From NCBI GenBank assembly GCA_013150915.1, contig JAADJE010000012.1, positions 27,820-91,819 of the forward strand: DNA of 64,000 nt. The letters run 5' to 3'. The notes under the pieces were generated by a model, which did no database searches, had not been told where the DNA came from, and saw only the letters and a program-made list of their open reading frames with translations. The stretch's first letter is position 1. Each line of letters opens with the position of its first letter. Both the position numbers and the translations under genes were made by a program. This DNA is from Gammaproteobacteria bacterium (lineage in GTDB: Bacteria; Pseudomonadota; Gammaproteobacteria; BMS3Bbin11). Shown here piece by piece: positions 46,156 through 55,377 of the stretch.

Positions 46156-47979
46156 ATGGGGACCTGCCGCGTGCATGAGTCTGCGACAGATCACATCAGA
46201 AATTTCTCGATTATCGCTCATATCGATCACGGTAAATCTACCCTGGCTGATCGATTCATACAGCTATGCGGTGGGCTGACAGAACGTGAGATGAATGAGC
46301 AGGTGCTGGATTCGATGGATATCGAGCGCGAGCGAGGTATTACGATCAAGGCACAAAGTGTTCACCTGGATTACCAGGCAGACGATGGTCAAACATACCA
46401 GTTAAATCTTATTGATACGCCCGGCCACGTTGATTTCTCGTATGAAGTCTCACGGTCTCTGACGGCATGTGAAGGTGCCTTGCTGATCGTTGATGCGGCA
46501 CAGGGGGTTGAAGCACAGACGGTTGCAAACTGTTACACAGCCGTTGACATCGGCCTTGAAGTACTTCCCGTGCTCAATAAGATTGACTTGCCAGCCGCCG
46601 AGCCTGACCGTGTACGCGCTGAAATTGAGGATGTAATTGGTATCGATGCATCGGAGGCCATCGAAACCAGCGCTAAAAGCGGTTTGGGCGTAAAGGAGGT
46701 GCTGGAGGCCATAGTTCATGATCTTCCGTGCCCATCAGGAGACCCAGATGCGCCATTAAAAGCCCTGATTATTGACTCCTGGTTTGATAATTACCTGGGC
46801 ACTGTTTCTCTGATTCGTATCGTTGATGGTGAAGTAAAGAAAAAAGACCGGATTCACTTGATGGCTACTGGCAGTGAGTACATTGTCGATAATGTTGGTG
46901 TCTTTACGCCAAAACGTACCGAGACAGGTATCTTGCGTTGTGGTGAAGTCGGTTTCATGGCCGCTGGCATCAAAGATATCCGCAGTGCACGGGTCGGTGA
47001 TACAGTGACACTGCGTGACCGCCCGACAGATGAGGCGTTGGCAGGGTTTAAAGAATCTCAGCCGCGCGTATTTTCGGGTTTGTATCCTGTTAATTCAGGT
47101 GATTATCATAGCTTTCGTGATGCACTTGAAAAACTAAGCCTGAATGATGCCTCACTCTATTTTGAGCCAGAAAACTCCGATGCATTGGGGCATGGTTTTC
47201 GCTGTGGGTTTCTTGGCATGCTACACATGGAAATTATTCAGGAACGCCTGGAAAGAGAGTATGATCTTGACCTGATTACGACTGCCCCGACGGTCATTTA
47301 CGAAGTCCTGACTAAAAAATCAGAGGTAGTCCGTGTTGATAACCCTGCACGCTTGCCAGATATCTCATTGATTGATGAAATCAGAGAACCTGTTATCGTC
47401 ACACATTTATTGATGCCACAGGAATATGTCGGCAGTGTAATGCGGCTTTGTAATGATAAACGTGGTGTACAGAAAGATATACAGTATCTCGGTCGGCAGG
47501 TTAGGTTGACCTATGAGTTGCCAATGAGTGAAGTGGTGCTGGATTTCTTTGATCGACTGAAGTCAGTTAGCCGTGGTTATGCCTCGATGGATTATGAATT
47601 TCTGGAATTCAGAGCAGCAGATGTGGTCAGAGTCGACGTATTAATCAACGGTGAACGTGTAGGTCCACTTTCTGTCATCGTACACAAAAGTAATGCTCTT
47701 TTTCGAGGGCGTTATCTGATTAAGGTGATGCGTGGGATTATTCCCAGACAGATGTTTGATATCGCCATACAGGCTGCAATTGGCGGTAAGATTATTGCGA
47801 GAGAAACAGTCAAGGCACTGCGAAAGAATGTTACAGCAAAATGCTACGGTGGTGACATTACCCGTAAGCGCAAGCTGTTGGAAAAACAGAAAGCAGGTAA
47901 AAAACGCATGAAGCAGATAGGTTCAGTGGAAATTCCACAGGAAGCCTTTCTTGCTGTGTTAAAGGTCTCGGAGGACTAA
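46156..47979 (+). CDS. lepA: Elongation factor 4 (translational GTPase LepA)
   Basis: [21 protein letters not shown]1 motif and the conserved LepA C-terminal domain. The true start may be GTG at 46171. Confidence 0.93.
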   Translation: MGTCRVHESATDHIRNFSIIAHIDHGKSTLADRFIQLCGGLTEREMNEQVLDSMDIERERGITIKAQSVHLDYQADDGQTYQLNLIDTPGHVDFSYEVSRSLTACEGALLIVDAAQGVEAQTVANCYTAVDIGLEVLPVLNKIDLPAAEPDRVRAEIEDVIGIDASEAIETSAKSGLGVKEVLEAIVHDLPCPSGDPDAPLKALIIDSWFDNYLGTVSLIRIVDGEVKKKDRIHLMATGSEYIVDNVGVFTPKRTETGILRCGEVGFMAAGIKDIRSARVGDTVTLRDRPTDEALAGFKESQPRVFSGLYPVNSGDYHSFRDALEKLSLNDASLYFEPENSDALGHGFRCGFLGMLHMEIIQERLEREYDLDLITTAPTVIYEVLTKKSEVVRVDNPARLPDISLIDEIREPVIVTHLLMPQEYVGSVMRLCNDKRGVQKDIQYLGRQVRLTYELPMSEVVLDFFDRLKSVSRGYASMDYEFLEFRAADVVRVDVLINGERVGPLSVIVHKSNALFRGRYLIKVMRGIIPRQMFDIAIQAAIGGKIIARETVKALRKNVTAKCYGGDITRKRKLLEKQKAGKKRMKQIGSVEIPQEAFLAVLKVSED

Positions 47980-47981
47980 AG

Positions 47982-48788
47982 ATGGATTTTTCATTTATAC
48001 TTTTTATTGCGCTGTTGGCCTGTGGGGCTGTTTGGTTATTTGATTCTCTTTTCCTTGCTCGCCGAAGAGCCGTAAGCGATGGCCTAAGTGTTGAAGCGCC
48101 CAGGGATCCTCTGCTGGTTGAATATGCCAAGGCCTTTTTCCCCGTCATACTGATCGTTTTTATTCTGCGCTCATTCATCGCGGAGCCATTCAGAATCCCT
48201 TCAGGCTCTATGCTACCCACGCTAAATATTGGTGATTTTATTCTGGTGAACAAATTTAGTTACGGTATCAGACTTCCCGTCATCAACGAAAAAGTGATCT
48301 CCATTTCAGATCCAAAACGGGGAGATATTATGGTTTTTCGGTTTCCTCATGACCCAAAATTGAATTTTGTTAAAAGGGTAATCGGTCTGCCCGGAGACAA
48401 AATTGAATACAAAGCCGAAAAGCTTTATATCAATGGTAAGCTAATGCAGCAAAAGGCTGATGGAAAATACAAATTCAGGAATGGTGTCAGTCGAAAACTT
48501 TCATTGAATAAATTAACGGAAGATCTGGGTAATGTGAAGCATGATATATTAATTGATCCACGACGACGTAGTTCACAAACAATGAGGTTTGATGTTCCGA
48601 AAGGTCAGTATTTTGTTATGGGTGATAACAGGAACTATAGCAATGACAGTCGCTACTGGGGTTTTGTACCAGACAGGAATGTGGTCGGCAAGGCATTTTA
48701 TATCTGGTTTTCATGGAATTGGTCCAATGGTGGTGGTGTTAACTGGAGCAGGATTGGCACTGTGCTAAATGCGCGAGGTAACGACTAA
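47982..48788 (+). CDS. lepB: Signal peptidase I
   Basis: 268 aa. Catalytic Ser (PSGSMLPTL) and Lys (VKRVIGLPGD) boxes, and the GDNRNYSNDSRYWG box E. Confidence 0.92.
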   Translation: MDFSFILFIALLACGAVWLFDSLFLARRRAVSDGLSVEAPRDPLLVEYAKAFFPVILIVFILRSFIAEPFRIPSGSMLPTLNIGDFILVNKFSYGIRLPVINEKVISISDPKRGDIMVFRFPHDPKLNFVKRVIGLPGDKIEYKAEKLYINGKLMQQKADGKYKFRNGVSRKLSLNKLTEDLGNVKHDILIDPRRRSSQTMRFDVPKGQYFVMGDNRNYSNDSRYWGFVPDRNVVGKAFYIWFSWNWSNGGGVNWSRIGTVLNARGND

Positions 48789-48815
48789 TTATTTTTGTGT
48801 ATAGGAGGAGAGTAT

Positions 48816-49205
48816 ATGGAGAATTTTAAACGTGCCAGTAATCAAAAAGGTGCATCAATGTGGGGCCTTATCGGCGTGGCCGCTCTGATCGTTCTTTTTT
48901 CTTTGGTTACAATGAAGCTGGTTCCTGCATATCTTGATAACAATAAGGTTACACATGCGCTTGAATCTCTTGGGAAAACGCCAGGCGTTGGAAATTGGAG
49001 TCGTCGACAGATTCTGGATAAAATCGATAATACACTTTATATTGACATGGCGGCTGACTTGTTAAATTTAAACGAGGCGCTGAAGATTAGAAAAGTAAGA
49101 AATACCAAGGTGATAAGCATTAATTATGAAAGGGTAATCCCCATGGCCTACAATATCAGCGCATTGCTGGAATTCGAAAATAGTGTCGAAGTCCCACTTA
49201 GGTAA
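48816..49205 (+). CDS. DUF4845-family small membrane-anchored protein
   Basis: A strong AGGAGGAG ribosome-binding site lies 5-12 nt upstream of ATG 48816. A single N-terminal transmembrane helix. Conserved location between lepB and rnc in Pseudomonas-like genomes. Confidence 0.6.
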   Translation: MENFKRASNQKGASMWGLIGVAALIVLFSLVTMKLVPAYLDNNKVTHALESLGKTPGVGNWSRRQILDKIDNTLYIDMAADLLNLNEALKIRKVRNTKVISINYERVIPMAYNISALLEFENSVEVPLR

Positions 49206-49911
49206 TGAAAAGATACAGAGGCTTCAGAAGTCACTGGACTATAATTTCAATTCCAGGCCAGAGTTGTTAATACGTGCATTAACACATAGAAGCCACGGCT
49301 CGGATAACTACGAAAGACTGGAATTCCTTGGAGACAGTCTACTGGGTTTTATCATTGCGGATACGATTTGTGAAAGGTTTCCCGATGCAGATGAGGGGCA
49401 ATTGACCCGATTGCGTGCGAACCTGGTCAGACAGGAAACTCTGGCAGAACTTGGTAGAGAATTAGATCTGGGGAGGTATCTTATTCTCGGTCCGGGTGCA
49501 CTGAAAAGCGGTGATCAGGGGCGAGACTCCGTTCTTTCTGATGTCGTAGAGGCAATTATCGGTGTCATCTATCTCGATGGAGGAATGCTGCCCTGTCGAC
49601 AATTTGTCACCCGGATATTTGCCGACAGACTTGCTTTGTGTGAACCGCATAAAATCCTTAAAGACCCGAAGACCCGCCTGCAGGAGTTTTTACAGCAACA
49701 ATCACAGAAACTCCCCGAATACACCATTCTCGATATAAGCGGTCCTCCACACAAGCAGTCATTCAAAGTGCAGTGTCTGATAGCAGAAGGCAAGCAAGTA
49801 TTCTGTGGGCGAGGTGCTAGCCGTCGTAAGGCTGAGCAGGATTCTGCTGAAAAGGCCTTACGGGCCATTTCTAAACAATCAGGGCTTTCGGGCACCTCTG
49901 TTAATCCATGA
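49183..49911 (+). CDS. rnc: Ribonuclease III
   Basis: RNase III signature (ERLEFLGDS) and a C-terminal dsRBD. GTG start overlapping the previous gene. The last ~7 codons are contributed by the terminal repeat of MITE A copy 2. Confidence 0.9.
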   Translation: MSKSHLGNEKIQRLQKSLDYNFNSRPELLIRALTHRSHGSDNYERLEFLGDSLLGFIIADTICERFPDADEGQLTRLRANLVRQETLAELGRELDLGRYLILGPGALKSGDQGRDSVLSDVVEAIIGVIYLDGGMLPCRQFVTRIFADRLALCEPHKILKDPKTRLQEFLQQQSQKLPEYTILDISGPPHKQSFKVQCLIAEGKQVFCGRGASRRKAEQDSAEKALRAISKQSGLSGTSVNP

Positions 49912-50048
49912 ATATTCAACTTCCATCCCAAATCGTCTCTCTCTGCGTTAAGAATCTTCGCAATAGCTAGCTATTACGTACGATCCTTGCCTTGATATGT
50001 ACAATTTGGAATGCAATCTGACCTATCCAGAATTAATAGAGGTGCCCC
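49889..50048. repeat. MITE-like dispersed element family A, copy 2, occupying the rnc-era intergenic space and ending immediately before the era ATG
   Basis: ~85% identical to 38122-38286 over ~160 bp. Terminal repeats GGGCACCTCT ... AGAGGTGCCC. Confidence 0.8.
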
Positions 50049-50049
50049 T

Positions 50050-50949
50050 ATGACAAAAGCTTTCCGCGCAGGTTTTATTGCCATACTGGGGCGACCAAAT
50101 GTAGGCAAGTCGACATTATTGAATCGCATCATAGGCAAGAAAATCAGCATTACATCGCCTAAGCCTCAGACCACACGGCATCGTTTACTGGGTATCTGTA
50201 CAACAGAAGAACATCAAATGGTTTTTGTGGATACGCCCGGGGTACATCTTGGTAGCAAACGCTATATCAACCAGATCATGAATAAGACCGCCGCGAATGC
50301 TCTGATAGGGGTTGATGTTACGCTACTGATGATCACATCTGAAGGGTGGAAGGAAGAGGACCATCATGCCCTGAAGTTGGCACAGCAGGAAAAAATGAAT
50401 CTGATAGTGTTGATTAACAAAATTGATAAATTGAAAAATAAGAATCAACTCCTGCCATTGATTGAATTCACATCACAACTACATGAATTTAAAGAGATTA
50501 TCCCCATTTCCTCTGCCTATGGAACTAATGTTCAATCATTAATGGATGTTTTACCTGAGTATCTTCCGGAAAGTCCTCTCCTGTTTCCTGAAGGGCAGAC
50601 GACAGATAAAGGTGCTCAATTTATCATTTCAGAAACTATAAGGGAGAAACTTTTTCGCCAACTGCGCGATGAAATTCCTTATACACTTGCGGTAGAAATC
50701 CAGCAGTTAAAGATGACGGAGTCACTGATACGGGCAGAGACTATCATCTGGGTAGAAAAAGAGAGTCAAAAAGGCATAATCATTGGTAAGAAAGGTGAAA
50801 AATTACGTACTGTCGGAACGCATGCCAGGGAGGAACTGGAGTCCTATTTTGAACGAAAAGTATTTCTACAGCTTTGGGTGAAAGTGAGAGAAAACTGGTC
50901 TGATGATGCAGTAATGTTACGCTCAATTGGATATATAGAGGAAGAATGA
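50050..50949 (+). CDS. era: GTPase Era
   Basis: N-terminus AGFIAILGRPNVGKSTLLN (G1 motif) beginning at ATG 50050. C-terminal KH domain. Confidence 0.92.
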   Translation: MTKAFRAGFIAILGRPNVGKSTLLNRIIGKKISITSPKPQTTRHRLLGICTTEEHQMVFVDTPGVHLGSKRYINQIMNKTAANALIGVDVTLLMITSEGWKEEDHHALKLAQQEKMNLIVLINKIDKLKNKNQLLPLIEFTSQLHEFKEIIPISSAYGTNVQSLMDVLPEYLPESPLLFPEGQTTDKGAQFIISETIREKLFRQLRDEIPYTLAVEIQQLKMTESLIRAETIIWVEKESQKGIIIGKKGEKLRTVGTHAREELESYFERKVFLQLWVKVRENWSDDAVMLRSIGYIEEE

Positions 50950-51683
50950 GAGTACAGTCACAGCCAGCTTTTCTGTTGCATGCCAGGCCCTTTCGCGAAA
51001 CGAGCCTGATTATTGAAGTTTTTACCTGGCAATACGGTCGAGTCGGTTTACTTGCCCGTGGCGTTAGAAACCCGAAGTCCCGCAAACGTGCCCTGGTTAT
51101 GCCGTTTCAATCACTTTTGCTGGGTTGGAGTGGTAAAGGGGAGCTCCCCCTACTTACCAGCATTGAGGCTACTGGCCATGCAAGAGAACTGGCCGCTGAG
51201 CAAAGATACGCCGCTTTTTACCTGAATGAATTACTGCTGAAATTGTTACATCGGCATGATGCACATGAAAGCCTGTTTGATTATTACGGTAGGACTCTTG
51301 ATGAAATCTATCAGGGTGTTCCGATACAGCATGCGCTGAGACGATTTGAAAAAGAACTTCTCAGTCAGAGTGGGTATGGCTTGATACTGCACCACGAAGC
51401 AGGATCATCTCGGCCTGTTGTAGAAAACGGCCGATACAAGTACATTCCAGAGCAAGGGCCAAGACTGGTCTCGCAAACGGTAAGGGAATATCAGCCTGAA
51501 GAGCAGGGCATCTACATCAAGGGTAAAAGTTTACTGGATTTTTACCATGAAGTATTTTACGACAAAGAGAGTTTGAAAGAGTGCCGTAGACTGATTCGCT
51601 ACCTGATGGACAGACAGTTGGCGGGTAAACCGTTACATAGCCGACGGGTGTTTCATCAGGTATTATCGGGACTTCAGTCGTAG
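50946..51683 (+). CDS. recO: DNA repair protein RecO
   Basis: 245 aa. N-terminal AFLLHARPFRETSLIIEVFT motif. Overlaps era by 4 nt. Confidence 0.88.
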   Translation: MRVQSQPAFLLHARPFRETSLIIEVFTWQYGRVGLLARGVRNPKSRKRALVMPFQSLLLGWSGKGELPLLTSIEATGHARELAAEQRYAAFYLNELLLKLLHRHDAHESLFDYYGRTLDEIYQGVPIQHALRRFEKELLSQSGYGLILHHEAGSSRPVVENGRYKYIPEQGPRLVSQTVREYQPEEQGIYIKGKSLLDFYHEVFYDKESLKECRRLIRYLMDRQLAGKPLHSRRVFHQVLSGLQS

Positions 51684-51697
51684 GTCAAAATCATGGA

Positions 51698-51804
51698 GAC
51701 CAAAGACCAAAGACCAAAGACCAAAGACCAAAGACCAAAGACCAAAGACCAAAGACCAAAGACCAAAGACACCAAAGACCAAAGACCAAAGACCAAAGAC
51801 CAAA
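51698..51804. repeat. Heptanucleotide tandem repeat (GACCAAA)x15; the eleventh unit carries a 2-nt insertion (GACACCAAA)
   Basis: Direct reading of the sequence: ten perfect units, one 9-nt variant, then four perfect units, between recO and pdxJ. Confidence 0.95.
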
Positions 51805-51830
51805 GGCTAAATAACGTAAACCGTAAACCC

Positions 51831-52568
51831 ATGACTAGATTAAAACTCGGTGTAAATATCGATCACGTCGCCTCTATCCGTCAGGCAAGAGGAACCGCCT
51901 ATCCTGATCCTGTGCAGGCCGCTTTCATTGCTGAGCAGGCCGGAGCAGATAGTATTACCTTACATCTTCGTGAAGACCGCAGACATATTCAGGACAGGGA
52001 TCTGGCCATCATGCGGCAGACCATCCAGACACGTATGAATCTGGAGATGGCCGTTACCGAAGAGATGATTGGGCTCGCCATCAAAACGTTACCGGAAGAG
52101 GTTTGTCTGGTGCCAGAGAAACGCGAGGAGCTTACTACTGAAGGTGGACTGGATGTGCTAGGGAATTTGGCCAGAATAGCTACAGGGGTTAAACGTTTGC
52201 ATGATGCGGGTATCCTGGTTTCATTATTTATCGATCCTGATCCAGAACAGCTTGATGCCTCCATTAATGCTGGGGTAAAGGGGGTTGAATTACATACTGG
52301 GCATTTTGCAGATGCCGAGACCGATGAAGCGGCTGACCGAGAGTTTCAATCGATAGTGGAAGCCGTCGACTATGGGAAAAGTAGGGGGCTTAAAGTCAAT
52401 GCAGGCCATGGCCTGCATTACCACAATGTTGAGCGGATAGCGGCAATCAGGGGTATATCTGATCTAAATATTGGTCATGCTATTATCGCCCGGGCTGTTT
52501 TCACAGGCTTGTCGGCAGCTGTGCGTGAGATGAAGGCTCTGATGGACAAGGCCAGTATGATGGTCTAA
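51831..52568 (+). CDS. pdxJ: Pyridoxine 5'-phosphate synthase
   Basis: [27 protein letters not shown] is a canonical PdxJ N-terminus. An in-frame ATG at 51693 would add an N-terminal extension encoded by the heptamer repeat, which is considered unlikely. Confidence 0.9.
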   Translation: MTRLKLGVNIDHVASIRQARGTAYPDPVQAAFIAEQAGADSITLHLREDRRHIQDRDLAIMRQTIQTRMNLEMAVTEEMIGLAIKTLPEEVCLVPEKREELTTEGGLDVLGNLARIATGVKRLHDAGILVSLFIDPDPEQLDASINAGVKGVELHTGHFADAETDEAADREFQSIVEAVDYGKSRGLKVNAGHGLHYHNVERIAAIRGISDLNIGHAIIARAVFTGLSAAVREMKALMDKASMMV

Positions 52569-52579
52569 ATGTGCCTGGT

Positions 52580-52864
52580 TTATTTCTTTGCCGGTGGCGG
52601 TTGAAAGCCTGCTGGCATTTGTCCCTCTTCACCTTCACCAAATAAAAAACCTTGCATGTGTTGTTCAATAATTTTCAGGGCCCGAGGATCAGCGGTACTG
52701 AGTTGCATTTCATTCATGATGATCGTCAGGCGATCCAGCCATTGACGCCAGCCTTCAGCTGAAATATTTTCATAGATTCGAATACCAAGCTCGCCTGGGT
52801 GGGGAACATGTTCCAGCCCGGGCGCTTCTTTCTTTAGTACCTGACAGTTAACCATTCTACTCAT
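52580..52864 (-). CDS. yggX: Fe(2+)-trafficking protein YggX
   Basis: 94 aa. Aligns along its length with E. coli YggX (MSRxxxCxxLxxEAxGxxxxxxPGELGxRIY...). Confidence 0.8.
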   Translation of the reverse strand: MSRMVNCQVLKKEAPGLEHVPHPGELGIRIYENISAEGWRQWLDRLTIIMNEMQLSTADPRALKIIEQHMQGFLFGEGEEGQMPAGFQPPPAKK

Positions 52865-52964
52865 GTTATCTAACCTGTAATGCTGTGTGATTGATCCGCG
52901 AATTGTACCGGAAATAAAGCTGTTTTACCCTAAACACTTTAGAGATTAAAGGTGAATCAGTTAT

Positions 52965-54599
52965 TTATAGCTTGATACCCGGGATATTCTCAAGAGTTAC
53001 CTTATCGATTTGTTCAGGGTTCATGTATTCATCAGCGTATGCCTGAAAAATATTTTTATCGACAAATAGCTGAAATAGATCTGGATCGATATGATTGTCT
53101 TCACACATGAGGCCAAGGATACGAAGTGCATTGGACAGTGTTTTCCCTTTCTTATAGGGTCGGTCACAGGCTGTCAGTGCCTCAAAAATATCGGCTATTC
53201 CCATGACACGAGCCTGCACTGATATCTGATCTCGAGTCAGGCCTTTCGGGTAGCCTTTGCCATCCACACGTTCGTGATGTCCACCGGCAAATTCTGGAAC
53301 ATTACTGAGGTGTTTGGGAAAGGGTAGAGACTCCAGCATATTGATTGTGGTGACGATATGATGATTAATGATCTCTCTTTCTTCGGGAGTTAATGTTCCT
53401 TTTGCAATGGTCAGGTTATAAACTTCATTGTCGCTCAATAAGGGTCGTGTCTCAGATTGGTGTTTCCAGCTAGTGCGGCTGATTCCCCGTATTCTTTTTA
53501 TGTCCGCATCCGCCATGAACTCTCCACCGGTATTGTGTGCACGGACAAAGCTGAGGTCATCGTCAAGTTTAGTAATCATTGCCCCTAATTCCATCGTAAT
53601 ATTTTTATCCATTTCGGCCGTATTGTATGCATTTTCCATAAGGTGTTTTCGGATCAGTGTTATTTCCGCATCACGTTTTAGTAATTCAAAGCGTGTGCTT
53701 ATTTCGGTGATTCGATCATGGATTGTTTCAAGTTTCGTTCCCTTGTCGACGACATATTCCGGTGTGGTAATTTTACCGCAATCATGCAGCCAGGCGGCAA
53801 TCTCAAGTTCGTATCGTTCTTCGTCTGTCATATGAAAAGATTTAAATGGTCCTGTCTCGGACTCATGTGCTGCATCAGCCAGCATCATAGTGAGTACTGG
53901 AACACGTCGGCAATGGCCAGCGGTGTAGGGAGATTTATCATCGATGGCTGTCGCAACTAGCTGGATAATCGATTCCAGCAAGTTCTTTTGTTCGTCAATT
54001 AGTTGCTGGTTCGTCAGGGCAATTGCCGCTTGTGAGGCAAGTGACTCAACTAATTCCTGCGCAGTGCGCGAAAATTTAATTATTTCACCTGTCTTTTCTG
54101 ACAAGGCATTAATCAACTGCAGTGCTCCAATTACATCCCCGGTGTGGTTTTTCATCGGGATGGAGAGAATGGATTGAGGTCGATAGCCCAGTTTTTCGGC
54201 ATATTTACGCATTCCAGCAAAGTCAAAACCGTCGTGATGATAAACATCTTCAATATTGACGGTTTCTCCTGAATTTATACTGTACGAAATGATATTCTGG
54301 TGATTCTCTGATCCATTCGGATTCAACAAAGGAATAGCGGGTAGAGTAACCTCCTTCGTGCTGATGCCGCCTTCGTGGATCCCGAGTGAATCAGTGTGCA
54401 TTGTTTCCATTTTTATCATCCTGTTGCCTTTATCATCCTCAATAACTGAATACAGGCTGCCAGCATCAGCATTACTGAGTTCTTTTGCACCAATAAGGAT
54501 AGATTCTAGCAGGCGGGTAGTCTCTTTTTCTGCTGACAGAGAGATACCGATTTCAGTCAATTTTCTGATTCGTTCAGCAAGTTTTTCTTCACCTTCCAT
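52965..54599 (-). CDS. GAF-domain sensor fused to an HD-GYP c-di-GMP phosphodiesterase domain
   Basis: 544 aa. HD motif (AAWLHDCGKITTP) and GYP motif (HHERVDGKGYPKGL). The N-terminal ~200 aa are GAF-like. Confidence 0.8.
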   Translation of the reverse strand: MEGEEKLAERIRKLTEIGISLSAEKETTRLLESILIGAKELSNADAGSLYSVIEDDKGNRMIKMETMHTDSLGIHEGGISTKEVTLPAIPLLNPNGSENHQNIISYSINSGETVNIEDVYHHDGFDFAGMRKYAEKLGYRPQSILSIPMKNHTGDVIGALQLINALSEKTGEIIKFSRTAQELVESLASQAAIALTNQQLIDEQKNLLESIIQLVATAIDDKSPYTAGHCRRVPVLTMMLADAAHESETGPFKSFHMTDEERYELEIAAWLHDCGKITTPEYVVDKGTKLETIHDRITEISTRFELLKRDAEITLIRKHLMENAYNTAEMDKNITMELGAMITKLDDDLSFVRAHNTGGEFMADADIKRIRGISRTSWKHQSETRPLLSDNEVYNLTIAKGTLTPEEREIINHHIVTTINMLESLPFPKHLSNVPEFAGGHHERVDGKGYPKGLTRDQISVQARVMGIADIFEALTACDRPYKKGKTLSNALRILGLMCEDNHIDPDLFQLFVDKNIFQAYADEYMNPEQIDKVTLENIPGIKL

Positions 54600-54654
54600 C
54601 GAGATATCTCCATTAGATACAGGTTAGAAATGAGATTGTTCATATTCAAGTATA

Positions 54655-54844
54655 CTGAGACACTGCTGTCCCGTTAACGCCACATCGTCATGCCGGGCTT
54701 GACCCCCGGTATCCAGTAAGTCGTTGAAACCGCTGGATTCCGGCCTGCGCCGGAATGACAACCCCATTGGGTTCCCTGCATCCCAAGCACTACGACAACG
54801 ACAGCAAAATAAGATCAGGTTAACGGGACAGCCGTGACACTGAG
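54655..54844. repeat. Complete MITE-like element family B (~190 bp) with ~24-bp terminal inverted repeats (CTGAGACACTGCTGTCCCGTTAAC ... GTTAACGGGACAGCCGTGACACTGAG) and an internal palindrome
   Basis: Terminal inverted repeats read directly from the sequence. Internal perfect palindrome ATTCCGGCCTGCGCCGGAAT at 54737-54756. Partial copy at 8438-8505. Confidence 0.8.
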
Positions 54845-54984
54845 ATTATATCTATTCTCGCAGATATTAAGGGCCGCTCTATTAATTCATGAATAATAGC
54901 GGTGTTTTTTAGGGTGAAATTATAATTAATCGTCCCCATATCTCTGCTAATATTAGATTCTAAACACTGTACAGGAGTATAACT

Positions 54985-55377
54985 ATGGGTGAAGCGGCTT
55001 TTCAGACTGAAATTACGGGCGACATGATGTCAATTACAGATACTGCACTTGAAAAAATGGGCGAACTGCTTGAGCAGGTGGAAGAAGATGTTGCTGGCAT
55101 AAGAGTATTTATCCACGGAGGCGGCTGTAGCGGTCTTTCCTATGGTATGACGTATGCCGAGGAAAAACTTGAATCTGATAGCCAGCTTGGTAACGATGAC
55201 TGCAATATACTTGTTGATCCTATCGCACTTGGCTACCTGAAGGGTTGTGAAATCGACTTTCGTGAGGGGCCAACAGGCGCCAGTTTTGTTTTTAATAATG
55301 TGTTCGAGTCAGTGGGTGGTTCTGGTGCCTGTGGTGGTGGCGGTGGTGGTTGCGGTGCCGGCGGTTGTGGCGGCTAA
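54985..55377 (+). CDS. HesB/IscA-fold (A-type carrier-like) protein with an atypical Gly/Cys-rich C-terminal tail
   Basis: IRVFIHGGGCSGLSYG and ILVDPIALGYLKGCEIDF match the IscA/HesB core. The C-terminus is ...FNNVFESVGGSGACGGGGGGCGAGGCGG instead of the usual CGCG-x-SF ending. Confidence 0.6.
   Translation: MGEAAFQTEITGDMMSITDTALEKMGELLEQVEEDVAGIRVFIHGGGCSGLSYGMTYAEEKLESDSQLGNDDCNILVDPIALGYLKGCEIDFREGPTGASFVFNNVFESVGGSGACGGGGGGCGAGGCGG

Noticed and set aside
51693-51830. N-terminal extension of pdxJ ([16 protein letters not shown]…) from ATG 51693
   Set aside because: It is encoded entirely by the heptanucleotide tandem repeat. The canonical PdxJ N-terminus starts at 51831, so this is more likely a non-coding repeat. 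The possibility is kept open in the findings.
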